The position numbers and the translations under genes were made by a program. A stretch of DNA of 63,876 bases from Gracilinanus agilis (taxonomy: Eukaryota). The stretch's first letter is position 1. The number at the start of each line of letters is the position of its first letter. The stretch spans positions 376,030,949 to 376,094,824 of the forward strand of contig NC_058131.1 of the NCBI RefSeq assembly GCF_016433145.1. The letters run 5' to 3'. Below the pieces are notes generated by a model. The model had not been told where the DNA came from, did no database searches, and saw nothing but the letters and a program-made list of their open reading frames with translations. Of the stretch, positions 24,954 to 36,220 are shown in pieces.

Positions 24954-26097
24954 TTAAACTCATGTTCTCTCTAGGGGTCTCTTAAAGGGGCAAACCTATG
25001 TCATGTGGGGGCGAGTCTTAAGTTTTAGTTAAAAGAATTGGACAAAGTCTTAATCTCCTTTTGCAAATGATTAAGGATAATCAAAAGTACGAGATGTTAC
25101 CTATGGGAGGATGGAGCCTTAGCACTATTACCAGAGAAAAGTGATTTAAGGAACAATAGACTCAAAAGACCTCAGTTGGAATTTCTGCTCTGCCACTTGT
25201 TAGTTATGTGATTCTGGACAAGTCATTTCCATCTGAAATCATAGATTTAGGGCTGGGAGAAATTTTGGAGGCCACCTAATCCAACTGATTCATTTTACAT
25301 GAGGAGATTCATGTAAAAGAGGCCCTGAGAGGTTGTGCAACTTGGCTGAAATCACAAGAGTTAAATGGGATTCAAATTAAGGTCCTGTGATTTCAAGTAC
25401 TCTTAATTCTATACCAAACAAGAAAACTCTTGAGATTCTATTTTCTAACATCTTTTCTGCTCTAAATCCTATAATCTGTGACTTTTTCGCTCACACTATC
25501 AGGATATCAGCACATAGGATCACTGCCCCTTTTCTGTAACCAGGAAACTGCTTCTTACAACAATCCTCAAAAAATTTGTTCTTGAGATACGATAAGGATA
25601 TATAGACAAGGAGTGACCTAGTCTCTTGTCAGGCCATCGTGAATTAAGTCAAGAGTCCAGAAAAGCTTTAGGTCTCAGGAAGACAGTGTTAACTTGGGGA
25701 AAACAGAACTACTAAAATAGTAAGAAAAGCCTAGTCTTTAATCAGGAAAGAGATAGTGTCCTCAATTCCATGACCACCAGTATCTAGATAACCAGGCTAG
25801 CTAGATTATCCTCCAAAGCACCACAGAATTTGGGGAACTTACATACCTCCTGGGGAACCAGGGACTGGGAAGTATGATTGATTGGCTTTACAAATGGCTA
25901 CAAAGAAAAGAGAAGCCCAAGATAGGACTATCAAGGAGGGGCTAATGTTTTACAATGGATACAAAAGGGGGCCAAGGGCTGGGCTACCTGGGAAAGGCCT
26001 TTGATACAATGGGAGACCACCAGGACAAAAGGGTACTTAATATTTTATTATTTGAGTCTACTAGTTCCACCCAGCTAAGGCCATTAAGTCCTTATGG

Positions 26098-26436
26098 CAG
26101 TGATGGGCAACCTTCTGAGCTTGGTGTCAAAATTTGTCAAAAAACCATATATAACTTGGGTGGTGTGTCACTTGGAGAAAAAAAACACCATAATTTCTTG
26201 ATATTTATAATTTAAATAACAAAAATATATAATTGTAATGTATAACTGTATTTAATAAACCAAAATAGGTAAATTAATATAGGTAGAATTGTCATCTATA
26301 ATGTACAAAGTGTCTACACTACACTATAGCAAATGTTTCATCCTTAGCATGCGGCCCCATACTTCTCTGTATGTGGCTGCATGCGGCCATGTGTCATCAA
26401 AAATGTCTATGCATGTTCATAGGTTTGCCATCACGG
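26098..26436 (-). mobile_element. Non-autonomous hAT DNA transposon, OposCharlie1 (OC1)-like
   Basis: TIRs cagtgatgggcaacct / aggtttgccatcacgg; 8-bp TSD ccttatgg / ccttaagg. The subterminal gatgacac...gcatgc...tacagagaagtatggggccgcatg resembles the OC1 end as I recall it. Confidence 0.85.
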
Positions 26437-27706
26437 CCTTAAGGTCTATCATTCAATCTGAAATGACTAAATCAGAAACCTCCCATGGGGAGAATTCTCA
26501 AGGGAATAGGGGCAAACTTGGGGTCTTCAGATTTCAAGTTTACAACAGGAAAAAACAAAAAATGATTTGGCTTGTTGGAAAATCCCTTTCACAGCCATCT
26601 CTACAATTGGTAGTCAAAGATCATGGTGTAATCCCTATGACAGGGAGAGAACATCAAAGGTTTAACTTGCTGAACCTTCATGTAACAACATCTAAATGTT
26701 CCTTTAGATACAGTAGATAATATTACCTAAACAGCAGGGGGAAACCATGGTTTTGAAAACAGCAGAAAATTCTAGGGAGAAGATTGTGGCTTTCCTAATC
26801 TTTATTTGCCATCATATAAAGCAACTCAAGAATAAAAACGATGCTTTCAAAAGACTTTTCCCACCCCTAAATGTCTTAATGGATTAGAAAGTGGCATGAA
26901 TCCCTTGTTTAAGGGGGACAGTTTGTATAAAACAACCAAAACTGTCATTTTTTGATTTAAATTTGAGTATGTTGAGTTTTAGAACACATTGAGAACACTC
27001 AAATCATACAAATATACAATCTTCAGGTAATAATCAGAAAAAAAACAAACTTGGCTATCATTTTTAAAGGGGAAAAAAAAACCTGGGTGGCTTTGTTTAA
27101 AGTTAAAATAGATTCCAGTTTAACAGCTAACAAAAACTAAGAAAACAAACAAACAAAAAAATTCTATGCTGGTCAGTGGAGGGACTTCAGGTAAGTAGTA
27201 TGGCAATTTCCCTGTCTTATATAAGGAAAAAAACAACTTACCACAATAATAGCAACTCACTCGACTTACATTTGAGCATCAGCATTTAGCTACTTGTCAT
27301 AATGGCATGTGCTTTTTATTCCTGAGTTATTATGCATATCTTTAGTGATATAAATACAATCAGTAAGGAAGATTTATATCACAAGTGAGTCTGTAAATTT
27401 AAACTGAGTAGTGTGGGAATTATATATAGATACGTTTAAATCTATATCTAGGCAAAAATCTCTTCATAGAGCAAAATGAAGGGGGAGAAAGGAGCCAGAG
27501 ACCACAGATGAAATCCTTTAAGTAACCTGGGAGAAAGTGATCAGGAGAAATATTTTATAAATGCTGGCAAATGAAACTCATCCTACATTTTGCATTGTAT
27601 TTATGTCAGTTGCTTAAACTATCTTTTAATTGAATGCTGTGATCCTATGGATCAATGCCTTCCCTAACACCCCCATTTTCAGTATTGAACAAACTTTCAC
27701 ATCTAA

Positions 27707-27741
<35 letters not shown>

Positions 27742-27742
27742 A
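27707..27742. repeat. (TA)n microsatellite
   Basis: Read directly from the sequence. Confidence 0.95.
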
Positions 27743-27905
27743 TTTATATGGCATATAAATTTATATGGCAAATTCAGGCTAACTTTGAAGGTTTGTTACA
27801 TACTAGTTCTATTTTTCTCAGGCATTCATTGAGGCTGATTTAAACAATTAACACCTCTAAATTCCAAAACCAAAAAATTTTAATTCTGGAATGTCCAACC
27901 CTTAC

Positions 27906-27935
27906 CTGTTCCTTTTCCACCAGCATTTCAGGCAT
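27906..27935 (-). CDS. MAT2B: MAT2B alternative first coding exon, V2 isoform
   Basis: ATG CCT GAA ATG CTG GTG GAA AAG GAA CAG|gtaagg = MPEMLVEKEQ (human V2, from recall: MPEMPEDMEQ); phase 0, matching exon 2. Confidence 0.93.
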
Positions 27936-30340
27936 GATTCTTATTTCAGAAAACAGATGTAGAGATTACCCTAATTCCCCAGGCAAGGTCCAGGGCTGAT
28001 CGGTTCTTTGTCTACTTCAGTCAGCAAAGAACACAAGCACTGGAAGAGGGAAGCTTTTTCACTTGACCTTTTTTCAATTAGCATTTTGATTCCAGTCTCT
28101 GGGTCACGTGCTGTTTTCCACATTCTAGTAAGCTGGCAGCTGATTCCTTGTAGCAGCCTTGAAAATGCCCAATGAGAAGTTACAAGCTTAATTTCACTTA
28201 AACTAGAGTGCAATAGCAGAGCCATTATGTGTCTAAAATGATTTAATGTAAAAGCTTCCTAGTTAATTGCAGCGATTGTTCTTTCATAAGAAGTACCAAG
28301 CAGGCATTTAGGGAATAGCCAACTATGCAATTGATTAGCTGCCTCAGACTTGGTCTGAAGGGTAGTAATAGGAACTATGTCTGAAAATTGCAAAGTAGCA
28401 AAATTTGGTGCTTTGTAAGGACATTTTTCTAAAAGGTTAAGCTGCTATCGGAGAGTGAAATGGGTTGGCTTAGGAAGTAGTAGTTGCACACTTTTCTCCC
28501 CACACCGGAGGCCTTCAAACAAAAGCTGAAAGATTTATCAGGCATGTTGTTCAGAAAATTCATGTCTCTAGTCGGGCTCTGAGGTCCCAACTCAGAGATT
28601 ATTTGATCCTATTTATTTTCCATCAGTGGTGAGGACACAGTGAAATAGAACCAACGTTGTTCACATTTACTGACCTCTTAAGAATCTGAGAAAAGAGAAG
28701 TTGTTTTTATGTTTGGGTAAGCATTGTGTTCTACTTTGAATTTGTATTAACTTAATGAGAAATAGTAGAGGAGGGAGGGAGATTGTGAAACAGAGACAGA
28801 AATAGCATATTCTCAACAAGATGCCCAGGCTTATAGTGTATGTGCAGGCATGTATTTGTTGGTGTGTGTATATTCTGAGAAGGGATTGGAAGGCTTTACT
28901 AGACTGTCAAGATTTTTGATTCACGCAAAAAAAGGATCCCATGTCTAACTTTTAAAGCTATCATTCTAATCCAGACCCTGGAATATTTATTTCTATAAAT
29001 GCTAATAAAGGGAAGAGGGACTACTTCATACACACAAATAAAATTAATTCCAAAATTTTAGTATTGTCCTAACACTAAATTAAATGCAGATGCTATTCTA
29101 TTTCATTCCATGACCAGGACAGTCACCTGCCTTGTGGACTCCCCTATATCTCAGTTGTTTCTTAAATAGTGTTACACATCTCAGCTTTTCAGAGCACTTC
29201 TCTATGTTGAGAAAGCTACTTTTTCAATTCAGTAAGTTGCTTTTTCTGAGCTAGCTGAAAATGACAAGATTGGCTTAAAACTAAACAGAAGACCCACGAA
29301 CCTCAGAGAACTGAATAAGAGATCAAGCTGGATTGAACATGGAAAATTCACATTCTTAATAACCGTAAACATCTGCCCTGAAACAAAACCCCATTATTTT
29401 GTTTTGTTTTTAAACACCAATGCTCTTCTGATGATGCTATATGGCAACGAGTCATGGATTGAGTCTAATTGCAGGTCCCTCAAATGATTGGTATCAACTG
29501 CAAATATTATTCCCAGCTTACCGATGGGAAAACAAATGGAGAGTTTAAGGGAACTATGAGTATAAGGGTCACACACTTCATAGTGTCAGAGTAAGATCTT
29601 TAGTTGTTCCTGGTCCAGTCTGATTAACTATACCAGACTGAACTTCACTGGATATGTCTTTACTCCCAGTTTAAAAAGAATAGACTGAAGATGCCATGTC
29701 ATATTTCTTGAGATTCCCACTGCTGAAATTAAAATGTTCTTTAAGAGTAAGTGCTAAGCAATATGAGTGCATTCAATGAGAAAGATTCCTTAATTTTTTT
29801 ATACTCTGAGTTTTCCACTTTCTAAAATGGCATTTTTATTTGCAGCCTCTATCACCCACTTATTAACTTTTAGGTTGACTATTTGTGAAGATTTTTTATC
29901 TCCAATACTTATATTAACATTTTTCTTATTGCCCTACCACTATATTTAGGACCATTTTTATTTTTAAATCAAAATGTCAAACATTTACTCATGGTAAATT
30001 CTGCAACATTTCCCCAAAATTTTTAATTTGAAAAATCCTGCTATTAATTCAGAAAGAACACATTGTGGTTTAAGTCACCTAGTCACATAGTATCAACTCA
30101 AAATATAGTATCACATAGTCTCAAAGTTGAGGATGGGAAGTAACTAAGTGGGGAGGGAGGTAGTCAGAGAATCCTTGTGAATTTTGATTGTATCCATAAA
30201 GCTAAATTAAATACATCCCAGGCCACACATGACTTGGTATTGTGTAGTGGCATTTTGCATAGTAGAGAAACATGAAACACACAAAACAGATTTTAGCATG
30301 AGTAATTATATTTGTTATCCCTCTTTTTCTGATGCCTAAA

Positions 30341-31230
30341 AGAGATATTACTTTGACAAATGTTGAAATTAGAATACATAAAGGGAAATAAAAGCTATAG
30401 AGTAAGAAACAGTAAATAATTTTGAATAAATCAAATGCAGTCATTAACATTCTAAAAAAATCCAATTAAATAGTTTACTTGACTAAATGTGGACAATACA
30501 GTATAAAATGAATTATTTCCCTGATTCTGAAACCTAAATATTTTCTTAAGGACCCTTCATGTGATTACAGAGATAATAAAATGCCAAAGATGAAGAACTG
30601 GTTACTAAAACTAGAAGTCTAAAAATTTTTTTAATAGGATCTGAAGGAAATCTGACATTCTTTAATATCTGTAAAATACTGAAATATTGATGCAAATCTA
30701 TTTGATTTGTGAATAACAGCTAATAGAGTTGGCTAGAGGTAGTGGGAATTAAAAGATCAAAATGCAAGAAAATAAAATCAATTATTCCTCCTATAACTGT
30801 CCTATTTCATTTCTCTATACTACATAAGAAGATGGCTAATATTACAGTTTATACTAATTACTTGAGTTCCTCTTATAAATAGTGCTATAAAATGAAAGAG
30901 CAGGTTCTTAGTCATTTAGCTTTCACGATAAAAAGCATATAAAATCCATCTACACAATGGAATATAAAGCATTTCCTTTAAACCCTTTTAACTTGTGTAT
31001 GGATAAAAATCTAATTTCTTAAAAAAAATGAGATATTAATTTGACAGAGGTTGAGATTAGAATACATAAAAAGGAAAAAAAACTACAAAGAAACAGTAAG
31101 TAATTTTGAATAAACGCAGTTATTAACATTCTGAAACAATCCAATTAAATGGCTTACTTGACTAAATGTGGACAATATAGTATAAAATGAATTATTTCCC
31201 TGATTCTGAAATCTAAATATTTCATTTAAG
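30341..31230 (+). repeat. Direct local duplication of about 200 bp (30341-30550 and 31030-31230)
   Basis: Shared 69-bp core (30475-30543 vs 31154-31222) with 2 mismatches; the flanks also align. Confidence 0.95.
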
Positions 31231-32645
31231 ACAAATACATTGCTAATTTGCAAAGATATATACTATTTACTTTGAAAGGAGAAAAAGTACTTGAAATGTA
31301 TACGGATAAAGTAAACTGGAAATAAAAGTTGAATTGCAAATATGAAATAATAAATGAATAGAGAAATGATTTATCTTACTTCAGATATTTATTAGTGTCA
31401 AATTATTTTTTAAAACCTGGTTTATAAGAGGAAGCCTCAATAATATTTTAAGAATAAGATAAATTTTATTTTGTAACCAAATTACTTGGAGCCTAGATAT
31501 TTTATACACAATATTATAAGATTTTAATCTTTTTAATGAAAATAAATTCACATTGGCAAATTTATCCTAATGATAATTTACAGAATGGTGTCAGCTATGA
31601 GGCCTATTATCAATGCCCATTTCATAGCATCTGATTTGTAGTTTATATAACATTTATTATGATATATATAACCCTATATTTTTTCTTATCAAGTACTGTG
31701 CCATCCTTACTATGGAAAATGCAAGTTAATTTTTATTTCTTTCTTTAAAAAAAAGTGTGCATTTTTGTGCATATATGCCTTTATATATAGCTAAATAAAT
31801 GATTCCCCTCTCCCACTTTGACCCTAATGTTCCTTGTTAGGATCCTAGGGAATTAAAATTTATTCTTCTTTCTTTTACAATTTGAGTTAATATTCATATG
31901 TAGAATCCCAAAGGGGAAAGCACCTCTATCAGAAGCCTCTAATTCTTATTGGAGAGAATAACCCATGTTACAATTATCCTTCTGGCACTGGTCAAACATT
32001 CAAGGCAGAACTAGGTAGGAAGAGGCATATGCTTATTAATTGGCTAATACCAAGTATATCTAAACAGTTTTGCTTCTTGTCTTCTTTTGCTTGCAAGTTT
32101 AAAACTATCCTTAGGTTTCCCCTAATTACAGCTTCATAGAGAATCATCTATCTGGGTCCAAATGGCCCTGTTATCTTTGGGATATTGGTTAAAATTGTCC
32201 ACATCTTGTTTGCCAACCTAGAATAAATGAAGAAGCATGCCAATCCTCTGTCCTCAAGCTTCTCAATTCCTGTACCCCAAAATTCCAAAATATAGATCTA
32301 GAAGTAAAAGTAAATAGATAATATCTTGCTTCCAATAAATCTGGACTTACCTATTCCTACCCCCAACCCTCATCGTTTCCTCCAAAGGAGGAAGCATCTT
32401 TAACACAGATCACAAAGATGAGACATTTCCCTACAAAAGGAAAAACCATGCCACCTTAAAAGAGCTCCATACTATCATTCAATATGAACACAATTGGATG
32501 ACCATAGCATCTACTACCAGTCTTTAGATAACTGGAAAGAACATCCTCTAATAAGGCACATTTGGATGGATAAGTCTTTCTAATGGGCTTTCTCCTTCCT
32601 CCTCTTTGGAAAGGCTATTAGATTACTAAAAAATAACTCATTTGG

Positions 32646-33622
32646 GGGCAAGAGACATGAATAGGCAATTTTCAGATAAAGAAATCAAAAGTATCAATAA
32701 GCACATGAGAAAATGTTCTAAATCTCTAATAATTAGAGAAATGCAAATCAAAACAACTCTGAGGTATCACCTCACACCTAGCAGATTGGCTAAAATGAAA
32801 GAAGGGGAGAGTAATGAATGCTGGAGGGGATGTGGCAAAATTGGGATATTAATGCATTGCTGGTGAAGTTGTGAATTGATCCAACCATTCTGGCTGGCAA
32901 TTTGGAACTATGCTCAAAGGGCTATAAAAGAATGCCTGCCCTTTGATCCAGCCATAACATTGTTGGGGTTGTACCCCAAAGAGATCATAGATAAACAGAC
33001 TTGTACAAAAATATTTATAGTCACGCTTTTTGTGGTGGCAAAAAAACTGGAAAAGGAGGGTATGTCCTTCAATTGGGGAATGGCTGAACAAATTGTGGTA
33101 TATGCTGGTGATGGAATACTATTGCGCTCAAAGGAATAATAAACTGGAGGAATTCCATGTGAACTGGAAAGACCTCCAGGAATTGATGCAGAGTGAAAGG
33201 AGCAGAGCCAGAAGAACATTGTACACAGAGACCAATACACTGTGGTAAAATAGAATGTAATGGACTTCTGTACTAGCAGCAATACAATGATCCAGGACAA
33301 TTCTGAGGGATTTATGGAAAAGAACGCTACCCACATTCAGAGGAAGAAATGCAGGAGTGGAAACACAGAAGAAAAGCAGCTGCTTGAACACATGGGTTGC
33401 GGCAGACATGATTGGGAGTTTTGATTCGAAACTACTACACCAATGCAATGATCAACAATTTGGAAATAGGTCTTGATCAATGACACATGTTAAAACCAGT
33501 GGAAATGTGCATTGGCCAGGGGTGGGGAGAGGGTGAGGGGTGAAGGGGAAAGTAGGAACATGAATCATGTAACCATGTTAACTTTTCTAAAAAATGAATA
33601 TTAATAACTGTTAAAAAAAAAA
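32646..33622 (+). mobile_element. 5'-truncated marsupial LINE-1 (ORF2 C-terminus, 3'UTR, A tail)
   Basis: MNRQFSDKEIKSINKHMRKCSKSLIIREMQIKTTLRYHLTP...CWRGCG...HCW* (in-frame stop), PFDPAITLLGLYPKE, G-rich 3'UTR and poly(A). Confidence 0.95.
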
Positions 33623-33659
33623 GAAACATTAAAGAGATCTGCAAAAATATATAAAACTG

Positions 33660-33845
33660 GGGGGGCAGCTGGGTAGCTCAGTGGAGTGAGAGCCAGGCCT
33701 AGAGACAGGAGGTCCTAGGTTCAAATCCGGCCTCAGACACTTCCCAGCTGTGTGACCCTGGGCAAGTCACTTGACCCCCATTGCCTACCCTTACCAATCT
33801 TCCATCAAGGAACTAATACACAGAAGTTAAGGGTTTAAAAAAAAT
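33660..33845 (+). mobile_element. Young SINE-1_MD-like SINE with 13-bp TSD
   Basis: TSD atatataaaactg at 33647-33659 and 33856-33868. Confidence 0.95.
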
Positions 33846-34595
33846 ATATATACATATATATAAAACTGCCACTTCTCACTAGATTGTTTTTGTTTTGGAA
33901 AATATAATTATTTTTCATAAAAAAAAAACTTATTTGGAGAGGGATTTTTTTATAAATGTAGGAATTAAAAGGAGAAGGTAAAAATGACTAAGCCTTGTAT
34001 TTTAAAATTCATCATATTCATACAGCCTAAATTCAAAATGCTGCAATAAGTAGCTCTAATTTAGTAATTCACTCTAAATACAATCATACAAGATATTAAG
34101 TTGAGTATTTTAATTTTATCTTTTTTTTTCTTTTTGGCTGTAACAGTGCAATAACAAAGCAACAGATTGTACTGGAAGAATAAATAATATCAATAAATTT
34201 TTTAAGGAAAATTAATCTAATGGCAGTATACAGAGAGAATTAAAAGAGGAAAAAGAAACCTAAAGAATGGAACCAGCTATAGGCTACTGTAATAACCTAG
34301 ACATGAAGTTATTTGATAAGGGTGTAGACTGTAGTAGTAGTAATGTGTAAGGAAAGGAACAAGTTTAAGAAATCTGAGAAAGAAAACTAAAATGGAATAT
34401 TATCACTAGAAATGGGGAGTCAAGGTTGATGGATTACCATATACTTTTCATATAGTTAAATACAGGTAAATATTAAATTATCAGCATTATTAAAATCTCA
34501 TAAATTTGAGTGTTCCAAAAATCAATAAATTATAAATAGTCCTTATAGATTATTTGTAAAGTCTTCTTTCATGATTCTAGAAACTCCAGAGGATT

Positions 34596-34615
34596 TCAGT
34601 AGCATTTTCTGTTAC
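34596..34615 (-). CDS. HMMR: HMMR exon 18 (last coding exon)
   Basis: ttcttctag|GT AAC AGA AAA TGC TAC TGA = (G)NRKCY*, matching human GNTNCY (recall); total CDS 2172 nt (723 aa). Confidence 0.85.
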
Positions 34616-35718
34616 CTAGAAGAATCATTAGAAAATATATTAGCATATAAAAATGATGGGTTACTTTAACTAATTATTATCATTAGTTTCTCAGTATTTA
34701 TAGCTAATTACCAAAGTATATCATACACAGGGCTTGCTAGAATTTTGTCTCGTCTCTAAATCCATGAATCTGTAAAGCACATTCAATCTGCTTCCTTCTC
34801 CAAGTTAACTGGAATGCAATATGTTCCTCCAGAATACTTACCTTGATAAATACACCAAAAATGCATTGACATTACTGAAAAATCTCACCTTTACTTAGAA
34901 TAAGATGGAACTTTTTAAATCTCTCTCCATATACAGGGAGTGTAACAGCAAAAGGAAGTGATTTCCCTTCTCCTTTTAAGTTTAATCTTACAAAGTAATA
35001 TTAGGATAATACTTTATATTTAACTTATTATTCCCATATAAAAATAATCATTAATAATTCTTTATGAACTATCTGAGCCAGTGCTCTGCACTAAATTGTT
35101 TCCCTCCCTTCACTAAAGACTAAAGACTTTGAAGAAAATGAGTAGAAGTTCATGGAAAAAACTGTTCTCTCTGAGGACAGAACTAAGAGGATGACCAGAC
35201 AAGGGCAAAGAGACTTTTGATCCACTTGCAAGCAGTTTCTTCTTTCTTGATACTTCATTGGGGTACTGAATAAGCCAAATCTTTGTTTACTTCATTTAAT
35301 AAATGTATCTCAAGTTCTTTGATGAAGTGGAAAGGAGAATTCTTGGAGGAAATCATTGAAGGACTAAAATGATTCTCAGATAATGATCCTATAGGATCCA
35401 ATAGGATGCAACTTTTTAAGTTACAATTGTTCTGAGACTGTTACCTAAATTCTGAACCCTTTCTCAATCTTGACTATGGAATTTTATTTATTGTTCAAGA
35501 ATATCATGAATCATAATTCCCAAAAAGTTCTAGTTAGAGAAGACTTTCAAAGACAAGGGAAAGCTCTGCCCATTTTTGGACTTTTCTCTTTAAGCAACAA
35601 TAGAATAATTTAATTCATAAAATTCTTTCTGGCATGCTTGTCTCCAAAACAAAAAGCATCTTTTTTTATTCCGCAAAGGTTATTTTTGAGTTAACCAAGC
35701 AAATTAAACTTTTCTTAC

Positions 35719-35881
35719 CTTCCTTCAAAGGTACTTTGGGAGAAAAGTTTTCTTTACTCTCATGCTGAAAAGCTTTAGAAGGATCAAACCGCTTGAAACC
35801 TTTTGCTTCATTAACTTGTTCCTGAAGTTTTTTCCCTGCTTGTTTTTCCTTATTCAGTTGAGAACGGAGTTTAGAAACCTC
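35719..35881 (-). CDS. HMMR: HMMR exon 17
   Basis: [54 protein letters not shown]; 163 nt. Confidence 0.97.
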
Positions 35882-35982
35882 CTAAATAAAGAATAAAAAA
35901 ATCAACATTTAAGTAATTGGTATTTTGTAATAAGAGATATGCTAAAAATGTTCATTGTAAATAATGCACAAAGTTTCCAAAG

Positions 35983-36220
35983 CACAGGTTCTTAACCTGA
36001 GACAGAAAGATCCCAAAATATCTGTGAACTTGGATGGGGGGTAAAAATTGCCTCCTTATTTCCACTAAGATAATTTTTAATGAAAACATAAAAATTTCAC
36101 TACAACTGAGATTAACATTCCTTCCTTTTTTAAAAACATTCTGAAAAAGTCACCCAAAAGTTTCACTAGACTTACTGCCAGAGGGGCCCATGACACACAC
36201 AAAAAAGTTAAGAACCTGGG
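35983..36220 (+). mobile_element. hAT/Charlie-type MITE
   Basis: TIRs cacaggttcttaacc / agttaagaacctggg; degenerate 8-bp TSD ttccaaag / tcctaaag. Confidence 0.75.

Noticed and set aside
32642-33248. Several plus-strand ORFs with reverse-transcriptase-family C-terminal similarity
   Set aside because: Pieces of one dead 5'-truncated L1 broken by a stop and a frameshift; not a gene.
34700-34775. Alternative HMMR terminal exons (acceptors giving DSWI* or ASPVYDILW*)
   Set aside because: No similarity to known HMMR C-termini, whereas 34615-34596 gives GNRKCY.
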